Below, in pieces: positions 41,050 to 53,285 of a stretch of DNA of 64,000 bases. The position numbers and the translations under genes were made by a program. Each line of letters opens with the position of its first letter. Position 1 is the first letter of the stretch. The DNA lies in NCBI GenBank assembly GCA_964016885.1, contig OZ024749.1, positions 1 to 64,000 of the forward strand. Reading direction: 5' to 3'. The DNA comes from Eledone cirrhosa. Its lineage: Eukaryota. The notes under the pieces were generated by a model. The model saw nothing but the letters and a program-made list of their open reading frames with translations. It ran no database searches and was not told the origin of the DNA.

Positions 41050-41535
41050 ACTTCTCTTGTCAAGGTGAACGGCTACCTCTCGGAGCCGTTCGAAATCGCG
41101 CGGTCCATCCGACAAGGGTGCCCTCTCTCCTCCCTTCTGTATGTAATGACTAGAGCCACTGCTGCAGAAGTTGGAGTTGTTAATGCCGTCGTCGGGCGGA
41201 GGTGGCGAACACATCTACTACCGCCTGACCGTCGTGCCTTGCCCAAGGGAAACGCTCTCCAAAATGGAGCGCACACTCTTCCAATTCCTTTGGAAGAAGC
41301 GGGCTCCTATGGTGAGGAGATCCATCTGCTGTCAACACCCTTCGAAAGGAGGGCTGAGATGCCGTGGCTGGTGATGCGTAAACACGCATTAAGGCTACGG
41401 CACCTCCAGGTATTCATCACCGGTCAACCGGTGTGGGCCCCGTTTGTGAGGCGAGCCTTTCCCAGACTCGTCTCGCTCACCGAGCTGCAATCCTGGGTCA
41501 AGCAAAGACCGAGAAAATCACCCAGACACCTTTGG
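41050..41535 (+). pseudogene. L1/Tx1-clade LINE RT fragment, internally deleted
   Basis: VKVNGYLSEPFEIARSIRQGCPLSSLLY; IYYRLTVVPCP..LFQFLWK..CQHPSKGGL. Confidence 0.82.
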
Positions 41536-41872
41536 TAATGCTGTTTCGCAAAATTAATTGTGAAGAGGAATACCAATTCTTGCTCATCAGTGGATGAAGA
41601 ATTATTATCATGGACATTTCTAAGTATATTAAAAAACTGAATAGTGTGCGTATATATAACGCACATGGTATCTGAACTTAGCGTGTCTCACAAACTCCCA
41701 CCACTAAAGATAGCAGCCAAGTTTGTATTTATTTTATTGATTTATTCTTAAATTGTCTATAGTTAGTATTATTTTCACCTTAGCGAATCTCATGCCTTAC
41801 TATTTGAACACATGTATATATCTGTGTTCGTTTTTCTTTTATATTCAATTATGATATATATATATATATATT

Positions 41873-41945
41873 TATTAAAATAACAGATTAAAGTTTAAGC
41901 AAAGAATCGCTGCTTTCACCCTTAACGGGATCTTCTGAAACTCAT
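41873..41945. mobile_element. Solo arm of the 29371-29506 palindromic element
   Basis: Near-identical 73-bp match, next to (TA)n and (CATA)n. Confidence 0.8.
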
Positions 41946-41974
41946 ACATACGTACATACATACATACGTACATA

Positions 41975-42032
<58 letters not shown>

Positions 42033-42059
42033 TATCTGCGCATGCGCGCGTGTGTGTGT

Positions 42060-42341
42060 GAATGTGGCGAAGATTAACGTCATTGCTGACGTCATGGATC
42101 ATAATGTCGTTATGCAGACAGCCAGACATACAAACAGATATTATAAGGGCACGATGGAGATCGATAACTGGTGCCTAACACCTCTTTAAAAACAGAAAAT
42201 TGAAAAATAAAAGCTGCAGTTAATATCTTTAGACCACAAGGAATATATAAATGCAAGTTTGAAGCCAATCAGAGTAGAAATGTGGATTTGTATAGACTTT
42301 GCAAAAATGAGGAGAGACACACACAGTTTTATATATATAGA
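42060..42341 (-). mobile_element. Helitron-family 5' fragment
   Basis: ATGCAGACAGCCAGACATAC..ATATTATAAGGGCACGA shared with ~12777 and ~34453; ends AGTTTTATATATATAGA|T. Confidence 0.6.
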
Positions 42342-43300
42342 TGATATGAGTGTGCGGCGTTGTATCTATATCTTTCTAATTATGTCACTGAAAACATTGC
42401 CTTTCTTTTCACATTTTAGAAATGACACTGTTCAATTATATGACCTTATAGAAGTGTCTAGAAGAGAGAGAGAGATTAAGCATACCTTATGGTTTGGCAC
42501 CACTGGGTCGGGCCTCTTTTCGTGGCAGGGTCTCCTAAGCTCCAGGGAAGTATTTCTCAAAACCATCTGGTACATTGCTGTTGCGTAGCAGAGCCCAGTC
42601 CTTCATTAGGGACAACAACGGCCGTGGTGAAGCAGTTACATATTTAGAGGTAACGTAGGAATGACGATATATCTGAAATAGAGATTTTAGGGGTTATAAA
42701 GGGCCAGGGTTAAAGGTGGGGTAGATATGATATATCTGAATATATAGAATGGTGGTGTTGGTGGTGATGTAGTGTGATGGTGGTAGTGTAGTATGGCAGT
42801 GTTATAGTGTCTGGTAGTGCTGTAGTGTGTGGTAGTGTTCTAATGTAGGTTCAGTATGTGATGGTGGGGCTTCAATGGTTAGTGTGCTGCACTCATAAAC
42901 ATAACATCAAACCCTAGGTCTGGCAGCACATTGCATTAATAAGCCAGTTGCTTCATTTCAAGTTTTTCGGGATAGAACTGGAGTCTATCATTACAACAAC
43001 CGGGAAACCTCCTATGTGAGGACACCCTTGTCCATCTACCTATCTATATACATAGATCCACACACAAATGTTTATGGATCTGTATTTTTGTGTATGAAAA
43101 AAATGGAAAAAATTAAAATCTCAAGTTAGGCTACTCTATAATTTAACTATTTGGTTCTTTGTTGGGTGTGGGTGTGTTTTATTTAGAAAGTTCAGACAGA
43201 CAGCCATACAGATACATGATATGAGAGCGACGCGTCGTATCAATGTATCTAATTATTTGTCACTTCAAAGCTTGCTTGCTTTTCTTTTAACATTAAGTGT

Positions 43301-43346
<46 letters not shown>

Positions 43347-43353
43347 GAGAGAA

Positions 43354-43680
43354 AGCATACCTTTTGGTTTGGCACCACTGGGTCGGGCCTCTTTTCGGGG
43401 TGGGGGTCTTCTTAGTTCCAGGGAAGTATTTCTCAGTGTCCGAATTGTCCTCACATTCAGAGTGCCCATAAGCCTTGACAACCTTAGTGCTGTTAAATCG
43501 ACTACATGGTTCTTTTATTATTTCACCCATAAATGGGGCCCTAACAGGTAACACTGCTCCGGGCCAGAGCAGACCTGGGAGTTATGACAACTAAGGGGTA
43601 ACTCCACATTCCCCACAGCTCATGAATTGCCGAAATGGAGCCTTGTCACTGGATGTAGTTTAATGTCATACCCAGGACAA
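43354..43680 (-). mobile_element. Second SINE-like family copy (partial copy ~42480-42560; core also in every 3.65 kb unit)
   Basis: GGGGCCCTAACAGGT..GGCCAGAGCAGACCTGGGAGTTATGACAACTAAGGGGTAACTCCAC..AGTTTAATGTCATACCCAGGACA recurs at ~52600, 56255, 59905, 63555; family assignment from memory only. Confidence 0.7.
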
Positions 43681-44087
43681 TATGTGTGTGTCATTATATA
43701 TATATATATATATATGATAGATAGATATATACACGAGTGTGTATGATTATGTATAGAAGATTATATTAATAAAAGGAATTCCAACTTTGATTTACTCGCT
43801 TTATTTACAATCCTTTAAAATTTATAGTATTAGAATGAAATAGTATGGTAGAATATTAAATGTTAAGTGTTAATTGAACAAGTACTTTCATGCTTTCGCA
43901 ATCTTCAGGTTCATAATGTGTGGTGACAGTCAAGTTTGCAATTTTCAACTGTAATGAGATGGGTAAATTTTGCCACTGTGAAAAGTGGCTCCAGAATGCT
44001 AAATCTTGAAAACTGTATTTCGACCAATCGGTGTGTAGTTTCACTGGATTACTAAAGCTGATTGGTTTAGGCGTCACAGTTGGTTGA

Positions 44088-44127
<40 letters not shown>

Positions 44128-44153
44128 GTTTGACAGATTTAACCTGAAGCATA

Positions 44154-44475
44154 CGGAAAATACAGGATAAAGAGTAAAATGTACAGATCGTTTCAATAAC
44201 TATTTCATCTCCCAGACAGATTAGAGATTTAATCTGTTTCGCCCTGAGAATTGTGTTTGTAACAGATAATCCGTAGGCATCATCAGCGAGAGATAAGATG
44301 AAATGTGACAAACACCTAAAACTAAAAGCTACACGAATGAATATTTCACCTCGTGCGAGCAAACGGAAAATACAGGATAGAGTAAAATGTACACACAGTT
44401 TCAATAACTATTTCATCTCCCGGACAGATTAGAGATTTAATCTGTTTCGCCCTGAGAATTGTGTTTGTAACAGAT
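44154..44475 (+). repeat. ~110-bp direct duplication about 210 bp apart
   Basis: CGGAAAATACAGGATA..GAGTAAAATGTACA...CAGATTAGAGATTTAATCTGTTTCGCCCTGAGAATTGTGTTTGTAACAGAT at ~44154 and ~44364. Confidence 0.85.
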
Positions 44476-44899
44476 CAGGAGACTGACTATTGTGCGTATA
44501 TAAATTAACGCACATGGCATAAATACATACATCTAATTATATGTCAGTTAAAACCTTCCCTTTCTTTTCACATTTTACAGACAGCCACAATGCTGAATTA
44601 TATGATCTTATGTCAGTGTATGGGAGAGAGAGAGGGGGGGGGGGTGAGCAAGCCAGGGTTTAGTCCCACATTTAAGATCATAGGTAACATTTATCATATA
44701 AGAAGCTTCAAGAAAGTCATTAAAATGCCAGTCTCTGAAAATGTGAATATTGTCCTGTGCTACTGTTTGCTTGTGGGAATGATGGGTTTCGGGTTGGTTT
44801 GAAAAGGATTGACAACAACCACACACTCACACCCACTGGTTATCGGTTTCAGGTTAGGCAAGGTGACTAATGTTGTCGTGAAGAACAGGTGGCTGATGC

Positions 44900-46780
44900 A
44901 GCAATATGCTGTAGATGCCCAGGGAAAAATACAATGTTGTCACCTCAAAATGGCCGTAACAATCGAACCGTGATGTGAGCTGAAAAGTATGAGGGTTTCT
45001 ATGATGCTGAGGGAGATTCAGTAAATGAAGGCCGGAGAATTGTTCTTCCACCTTCAATCTATGGTTCCCAATCGCTTCTACACTGAGTGCTTTCAGAATT
45101 CGATGACTGTGGTTCGACATGGTAAAGTCGTCTTATTTCATCACGGTAACAACTAACTAACTGGGATGAAATAAAAAATAATTTGCACCCTAGTCAAGAA
45201 CCTAGAGACCGTCCTGATATTTGTGCAAGATTCTTCAACATCAAGTATGACAGCCTCATGGGTGACATACTGAAAAAGAAAATGTCCTAGGAAAAGTTGT
45301 TGCTCGTTCTGCTACAATAGAGTGGCAGAAACGAGGCCCCACTCATGCTCATATTCTGCAGATAATGGCTGAAGATAGTAAGCACAAAACTGCTGATGAC
45401 ATTGATCAGGTAGTGTACTGTGAGATTCCAATTCTACAGAAGATCATCCCCATCTTGCAACATTCATGGCCCATGTGGACAAGTTAATATGATGTGCTCA
45501 TGAAAGGAAGGGCTAGGACAACAATAACAATGCTCGAACAGTTATCCCAAGGCAAACCGCATTTGTTGCCAAAAGTTCCTTTTCAAAGTATAGAAGAAGG
45601 GGTAGACAGCATGGTCAATTGTGAGGTTGTCTACAGTGTCAAGGTTGTTAACTACTTAAAGTACATCACAAAAGGATCAGACAAAATCACTTTCACTATT
45701 AAGGATGATCGAGGAAATTGTGTCCATGCTCGAAATGAAATTGAGACCTATATCAATGCATGGTACATCTCAGCCAGTGAAGCATTCTGGAAAGTTGCCT
45801 TGCCATTTACCTGGGGAACAAATGGTCGTGTTTGAGCAAGGGCAGGAAGAAAGTTCTTTCTAGGGGACAGCCAATGACTAAGTTCACGGAATATTTTCAA
45901 CTGAATATTAGAGACCCGCTGGAACAAGATATATTGTATATTGATATTCCTAAATATTTCACTTGGACAAACAAAAAATGGCAAAGAAAAAAAGGGGACA
46001 TCGGGATGGTGATCAACAATTTATGAGTGAATCTCTTGGACGCATTCTCAGAAGACATCAATCTGAATTATATTACCTCAGAATGATCATACATCACAAG
46101 GCTGGGTAAACTTCATATAAAGATTAACTTAGTCTGTTGGTCCTCAGCTGCCACAGATCTTCTGCACCATTTAATTGCACTGCATGCCAAATGACCCTCT
46201 GCAGTTCTGGGAGAAATAGAAGAATTGTCTTGCAGAGGATATCATGCATGAACGTCATGAGCAATTCATGTCCATGCAAACAAATAAATCAACTTCTGCC
46301 AACATTGAATCCTCAGCAACTGGTTCTTTTTCACAAAGTAATTACCTCTGTAAATGAAAATGAGGGCAGAATTTTCTGCTTGAATGCAAGTGCAGGTACA
46401 GGTCATAAGCATTCTAATGGATTACCTCCAATGTAAAAAAATAATTGCACTTGCCACTGCCATATCTGGAATAGCAGCCACTTTGCTTCACAAACGAAGA
46501 ACTCTTCATTCCAAGTGCACGATTCCTCTCAATATGACTGCTGAATCAACTTGCTTCTTCACAAAGAGGGATGACACAGGTAAACTTATGCAGCAAGCTG
46601 ACCTGTTAATCATTGATGAGAGAGGTATGGGACATAAGAATATCTTTCAATGCCTGACAGGAGTTTCAAAGATGTTCGAGATTGCAAAAAGCCATTTAGT
46701 GGTATCTGGTGACTAAAACCAAATTCTTCCAGTTCTACGTCATGGTGATAGACCACAAATAGTTGAAACAACCTTCAAGG
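44900..46780 (+). mobile_element. Helitron Rep (HUH) + N-terminal PIF1 helicase pseudogene
   Basis: WDEIKNNL..DRPDICARFF, IEWQKRGPTHAHIL (HUH), NYLKYITKGSD (catalytic Tyr motif), YISASEAFW, LYIDIPKYFTW, ASAGTG (Walker A), SGIAATLL, LLIIDE, QILPV; many frameshifts. Confidence 0.92.
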
Positions 46781-47170
46781 GCAGACATTTATCTACAAAC
46801 ACAATTCTCACGTATGTTGCATTATCACAAAAAAGAAAATATTAAAATATTAAATGAAAGGTGTCTGTTTGCTGGCAACTGTGTCTACAAAGAAATTCTA
46901 CAGTCATGTGAAACAGCTATCACTCTTTTAGTTGAAATGCATTTCAGTTTCTTTTTAAATGATAGAAAAGGGACACTACAAAAACTTATGTCTATATATA
47001 CTAGCAGAAAAACGCCCAAAGGGCAGTTCTTCAGCTAGCATATATAAATATATGTCGTCTCTCTCGGTGTATGTGTGTGTATGTGTGCATATATATATAA
47101 TGATAAAATGCGAAATACTTTCAGATGTTAAAGTCCTTTATTGATAATGCTGCGATACATATTTGTATGA

Positions 47171-47205
<35 letters not shown>

Positions 47206-47279
47206 TAACAGGGGAGAGTCATATTGTTATAAATATTGCAAGAAATAATAACAGAACACACGGTTTGGTTTGGGTTGTT

Positions 47280-47557
47280 TTTCGGTGTAGGTGTTGATGA
47301 ATGGCTTGTGAGGACATTGCAAGCTTTGTACAGAGGTGCTGTCAGTAAAGTGAGGGTAGGAATGGAGTTTAGTGACAAATTCCAGATACAAGTAGGAATA
47401 CATCCTGTTTACAGAAACTTATCTATGCTGATGATAAAATCAGTAGAAGAGCTTGAGAATAAATTCTGGCTATGAAAACAGAGTTGGAATTAAGAGGACT
47501 GAGAGTGAACATAGCTAAGACAAAATTGTTGATGAGTAGAAAAGAGGACAAAACTCA
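47280..47557 (+). pseudogene. RTE-clade RT fragment
   Basis: GVDEWLVRTLQALYRGAVSKVRVGMEFSDKFQIQVGIH; homologous to ~14380 and ~16690. Confidence 0.8.
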
Positions 47558-47569
47558 GCGGAGAAGGAA

Positions 47570-48390
47570 ACTATGAATAAAATGGCAAGCTGTGTGGTTG
47601 CATTTAAGTATAATGAAAAGAAAAGTTATGGGCAAAAGAGGGCAATATCCATCGTCAGTTGTCTGCTAGGAATCATAGGCATTTCTTCGCGTTAGAGACA
47701 AGATGCCTCAACCTAGGGCGAACAATAACTAAAATAAGTTATTGGAATAAAAAAAGGGGGAGAGAGAAAAATGGATACACACATGAAGGGTGAAGAAACG
47801 AAAAGAGGAAAAATCAAGTCAACAACTCATTTTGAACATAAGTTCTGGTGGGTTTAACGAGAAAAAAAAATACATGTCTTCACTGTAGCAGTGTGAGTGA
47901 GAGAAGAGACTGCTTTAGAAGTGGCAGGTTAGCCGAGAGAAGGTGACTAGCAGAAGAGGGAGAAGGGGGAGAGAGAGCATAGCAACAAGGGGATAGAAGA
48001 GAGATGGGTCACAACTGAGAAGAAAACTATGTGAATAAAATGGCAAGCTGTGTGGTTGCATTGAAATATAATCAAAATAAAAGTTACGGGCAAAAGAGGG
48101 CAATATCCATCGTCAGTTGTCTGCTAGGAATCATAGGCATTTCTTCGTGTTAGAGACAAGATGCCTCAACCTAGGGCGAACAATAACTAAAATAAGTTAT
48201 TGGGATAAAAAAGAGGGGAGAGAGAGAGAAAAATATAAACAGACACAAAGGCTGAAGCAACAAAAAGAAAGGAAAAAAAAAAAAAAAAAAAAAAACGAGT
48301 GAACAATTGATTTCGAACACAAGTTCTGGCGGGTTTGATAAGAAAAAAAGACACATTCACTGTAGAAGTGTGAGCAAGAGAAGAGACAGT
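47570..48390 (+). repeat. Diverged ~350-bp direct duplication, period ~460
   Basis: GAATAAAATGGCAAGCTGTGTGGTTGCATT...GGGCAAAAGAGGGCAATATCCATCGTCAGTTGTCTGCTAGGAATC at ~47575 and ~48032. Confidence 0.85.
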
Positions 48391-48539
48391 TACGGACGAG
48401 GAAGGAAGTGAGCTAGCGGAGGAGTGAGTGAAAATAAGAGAAAGCCAGAAACATACATATATATATATATATATATATACATACATACAAATATATGCAT
48501 ATATACATACATATAAATATATACATATATACATATATA

Positions 48540-49140
48540 TGGTGGTTGCCAACTCTTTTTCGAGTACGGCCCCTACTTTATATCCATGTAGGAGAACCCC
48601 TACCGATGGGCTGAACGAGTGTGACGTTTTAGTCCAGCCAGTGACTTGAAAACTCTGGTACAAACACTACACTTGTGACAATTATTGACAGTGCTGGGCC
48701 AATCGTACCATGTGACGACAAGTGCAGAGAGATCTCCAGATATAAAGCAATGCCTGTGCTGTGAAGCTTTTATAGTGAGCAAAGGCACTGCACAAAGCCA
48801 GTCCCACTCTCTTAACCGAGATGATATTTACCAAAAAGAAGAACAAGACAACATCATTGGATACCATCAGGGTTTCAGGTGTTATATCAGAGTTTTCTTC
48901 TCCTAGAATTCTGCCTTGACAAAGGCTAAGGGGTCATCTCTCCCGGTGATTTTGGATGGCCATTGACTCTTAAGAGCTCCTTTGCCCTTTGACAGGTTTT
49001 GTTTTTAGTCCTGCAGGATGTCCAAAGTCACCCTCCTCACCAAGAAACCTTAGTGGGGTTGCCAGTTTAGTCGCCAACGACCCGACCAGGAGACAGGTTG
49101 TACTGGGATACATGTTACCAGTAGCACCAACTGGTGACCT
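48540..49140 (-). mobile_element. LINE remnant with a C2H2 zinc finger and RTE-like UTR sequence
   Basis: CSVCTRVFKSLAGLKRHTRSAH in ORF 48600-48788; no RT motifs retained. Confidence 0.45.
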
Positions 49141-49769
49141 GACATAATATATATGTATGTACATATATATATATACAGACACACACACACACAAGTGAGA
49201 TGCGCGATGCTGCATGGTAGTGAGACATGGACAGCAACTGCAGAGGATATGCGATGGCTGGAGAGAAAGGAAGCAAGCACGCTCCGTTGGATGTGCAATG
49301 TCAATGTGCGGGAACGACCAAGCATAAACGAGTTGAGAGAGAAACTGTGTTTAAGAGGGATAAGTTGTGGTGTGCAAGAGGGGACTGAGATGGTATGGAC
49401 ATGTGATGCGCATGGAGGTTGAGCGCTGGGTAAAGAAGGGAGACGCAGTAGAGGAAGACCACGAAAAACATGGGTGGAGGTGGTGAGAGCCGACTTCAGA
49501 TCGCTGAAACTCACCAAGGAGATGACGAAGGACCGTGACAAGTGAAGAGATGCTTTGCTCAAGAGGACCTGTCCCACCCTTTCAAGCAGGGAAAAGCGGA
49601 CGTAAAATGATGAACAGACGATGATAATGATGCTCTCTATATATCTATCTCTCTATCAATCTATCCAGATATCTGTGCATCAGTCTATCTATTTACCTAT
49701 AAACACCCTCCTCACTCCGTCTCAGGATCACCGAGACATCACCAACAACCAACCCACGCTGTGGGAAAC

Positions 49770-49952
49770 AGTCCTCCCCGGGGCACACCCTGGTACTTCA
49801 CACCATCTGTCTGTCTCGCTGCCTAACTACCGAGAAATCCGGCTTCTGTGCTTGCCTAATTTGTAGGTTATTAGGCAGTTGGCAGGTTTGCGGAAGTTGG
49901 TTTTGCAAATGGTTAAAACACTTGCATCACAAAATTCAAATAGCATCACTCC
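49770..49952 (-). pseudogene. Inverted, diverged RTE APE-endonuclease fragment (repeated in each unit)
   Basis: Minus strand gives GVMLFEFCDASVLTICKTNFRKPANCLITY and SVVRQRDRQMV, paralogous to the + strand 50230-50420. Confidence 0.8.
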
Positions 49953-49990
49953 TTGTTTTATCTTTCTCGTCTTTACCTAGGCCTGCATAA

Positions 49991-50042
49991 GTTAGTGTTA
50001 CGGTTAGTGTTACTGTTAGCGTTACGGCTAGTTTTAGGGTTA
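49991..50042 (+). repeat. Degenerate TTAGGG-like hexamer tract (also 53643, 57297, 60948)
   Basis: G TTAGTG TTACGG TTAGTG TTACTG TTAGCG TTACGG CTAGTT TTAGGG TTA. Confidence 0.7.
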
Positions 50043-50134
50043 ATTGAGAGCAAGAAACTGCTGCTAGGTAAAGACAAGAAATTCTGCATTTACAAGCAAT
50101 TTTTACAAACAGCCACAATGACAGGACGGAGACA

Positions 50135-51065
50135 TCGTTATGCTAGCAGGGGATTTCAATGGTCATGTTGGACAGCTCTACGATGGTTACACTGAGGTAC
50201 ATGTTGGGCACACTTACGGCTTAAGAAATGAAGCAGTGAAACTTCTTGAATTTTGCGATGCAATTGCACTAACCATCTACAACACTAACTTACACAAATC
50301 TGCCAACCACCTAATAACCTACAAATCAGGCAAGCACATAAGCCAGATTGACTTCTTGCTAGTTAGGCAGCGGGACAGGCAGATGGTGTCAAATACAAAG
50401 GCATACCCCGGGGAAGAATGTACCCCAAGCAAGAGACTGAATGAGACATACAGGAAGGTGTGGAAAAAAGAAAGGTCTGGAAGCTAAAAGAGCTCTCACT
50501 AAAATACAAATTTAGGAAAGCCCTTCAATATGTGTATGATGAAAAAGAAGACGATTTAGAGTCGTACAACATAGATGATAACTGGAATTTCTTATGCGAT
50601 ACCTTACTGCAGGTTACTGATGAAACTTGTGGCTGGATCAGAGTTCCAACCAGACAGAGAGTGACATGGTGGTGGGACAGCACGGTAGATCGGGCCATTG
50701 GAGACTAAAGACTAGCATGGAATGCTTGCAAAATTAGTGCGAGTAGAGAAGAATATACAGCCGCTAAGAGAGAAGCTAGACGTCAGGTGTACTTAGCACG
50801 CAAGGAGGCTGCTCGACGACGTGCGCTGTTCCGTACTGCGAGGCAGTGTGTCAGTGCAAATCGGGATTAAGTCTGTCCGCAATGATGCCGCTGTACTTTG
50901 TGTCACGAATGAGTGTTGATGAGTAGAAAAGAGGACAAAACTCTATTCCGTCAGGGAAATGGCCATGTTCGATATGCAGAAATGGAACTGGCATAAATTA
51001 TATAAAACGTACGCAAAAGATCGAGTGCGATAGCAGGCACGTAGTGGGATAGCAGGCAAACTAAC
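50135..51065 (+). pseudogene. RTE APE endonuclease and linker fragment, then a displaced Cys-rich fragment (per unit)
   Basis: LAGDFNGHVG, LLEFCD, TYKSGKHISQIDFLLVR, RVTWWWD; WPCSICR-like remnant near 50960. Confidence 0.88.
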
Positions 51066-51781
51066 AGCATATTTTGATTATAATAAAACAAATAATAATA
51101 GTAATAATAATAATAATAATCGTCATTGTTCTTTTCTTCTGTGCCTTTCTTTGCCTTCTCTGTCATCTGAATAACAAAAATAAAAGAAAAAAGAATCTTA
51201 AACATATGTTGCCTTTACAAAGTGCTGTGATCAAAGTAGCTTTTAAGCAATTTCCTAACTAACAAACAACATCAACAAAATATATACAAATATCTTTGAA
51301 TGTCAAGTCCACCAAGAGAAAATAGTCATAATGTACTTACAGATACAATGCTAGGGACTCGCATCAATGAGTTTTAGTAGAAAATGACTGACTGACTGTT
51401 GAGGGACAGAGGTGTGTTTTCAAATATTTATCAATTCACAACAAAGCCTCACAAAGCTACATCATAATGCAAACTCACAACACCCTTCTTATGCAACCTC
51501 ACCAAGCAACCCCACAACACAACCTCACGTTCACAATTCACAACACTCAACAAGGCATTCGTTATCTAGGGTTTACAGTAAACATAGCGAGGTAAAACAC
51601 ACCCAGTACACTCTGTAAAGTGGTCATTAGGTTAAGATTAAACTGAAATCATACCTCCATTGTCGTTGGCGTATATTTTCTCTAAAACTTAATTTCATTG
51701 CTTTCATTTCTATTCTTTTTCTTCTATTCCATCTAAATATGAAAAAAATTATACAGGTCATTTCGTCTTATCAAGAGGTCC

Positions 51782-51818
<37 letters not shown>

Positions 51819-52077
51819 CCGAGATAATACCTTAAAATAATGGTAAAAAAAGTGTTTAATTACGAAAATCCTTTGAAATAACTTCCTCGCTCTTACTGGT
51901 CATACCTGCAAAACACAAAACACTAGGGTTACAGTGAAAAGTGCAGTGCAGTGCAGTGCAGTGCAGTGCAGTGTAATTTAGTATGGTGCAGTTTAGTGGC
52001 ACAGTACACTGTAAAACATTTAGCCAATCTCTCAGACATTTACAAATCTTTCAAGATATATATATATATATATATAT

Positions 52078-52580
52078 ATGGGAGAGAGAGAAATTACCCT
52101 CAGTAGATCAGACAGAGGGACCAGCTATTGAGATTAACGAATATAGGGTCCAAGAGGCGATTAAGGAAATGAAAAATGGTGAGGCTGCTGGACCATCGGA
52201 GATAGTTGCTGAGATGCTGAAGGCCTCAGGGGACGTAGGCACTAAACTGGTTGCACACATCATCAATCAGGCTATATATGGCAGTGTCATACCCAAAGAC
52301 TAGTGCAAAAGTAAAGGGGACGCTCTTGAGAGGAGAAATTATAGGGATATAAAACTGATGGATCAGGTTATGAAAGTGGCAGAAAGGATATTAGCACAAC
52401 TAATTAGAGAAAGGGTCAAACTAGATGAGATGCAGTTTGGTTTTGTGCCTGGGAATAGTACAACAGATGCCCTCTTCTTGATGAGACAATTACAAGAGAG
52501 GTTCTTAGAGAAAAATAAGCCACTATACTTAGCCTTTGTTGACCTAGAGAAGGCCTTTGATAGGGGTACCCCGATCTGTC
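52078..52580 (+). pseudogene. RTE RT N-terminal fragment (per unit)
   Basis: EAAGPSEIVAEMLKA, QFGFVPGNSTTDALFLMRQLQE, LAFVDLEKAFDR; in-frame stop; RT core deleted. Confidence 0.9.
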
Positions 52581-52814
52581 ATCTTATTATTTAACCTATA
52601 AATGGGGCCCTAACAGGTACTACTACACCAGGCCAGAGCAGACCTGGGAGTTATGACAACTAAGGGGGTAACTCCACGTTCCCCACAGTTCCTCCTGAAC
52701 TTGAGCCTTGCCACTGGATGTAGTTTAATGTCATACCCAGGACAAATATATACATACATATATATATACATACACACATATATATATATATATACATATA
52801 TACAAATATATATA

Positions 52815-53285
52815 TGCGTACGAAAGTGTGGTTACATGATGCCTATGCGAGATGTGCGACCCTGCATGGTAGTGAGACATGGACAGCAACTGCAGAGGGT
52901 ATGCGATGGCTGGAGAGAAATGAAGCAAGCACGCTCCGTTGGATGTGCAATGTCAATGTGCGGGAACGACCAAGCATAAACGAGTTGAGAGAGAAACTGT
53001 GTTTAAGAGGGATAAGTTGTGGTGTGCAAGAGGGGACTGAGATGGTATGGACATGTGATGCGCATGGAGGTTGAGCGCTGGGTAAAGAAGGGAGACGCAG
53101 TAGAGGAAGACCACGAAAAACATGGGTGGAGGTGGTGAGAGCCGACTTCAGATCGCTGAAACTCACCAAGGAGATGACGAAGGACCGTGACAAGTGAAGA
53201 GATGCTTTGCTCAAGAGGACCTGTCCCACCCTTTCAAGCAGGGAAAAGCGGACGTAAAATGATGAACAGACGATGATAATGATGC
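52815..53285 (+). pseudogene. RTE 3' end with ATGAT-type tail (per unit; also 49197-49633)
   Basis: LHGSETW, EASTLRWMC, GRRSRGRPRKTW, tail ATGATAATGATG. Confidence 0.88.

Noticed and set aside
42685-42722. TTAGGGG/CAGGGTTA as an interstitial telomere
   Set aside because: Too short and irregular; no sustained hexamer period
48600-48788. Host C2H2 zinc-finger gene
   Set aside because: Single finger without linkers or exon context, next to LINE-like UTR sequence
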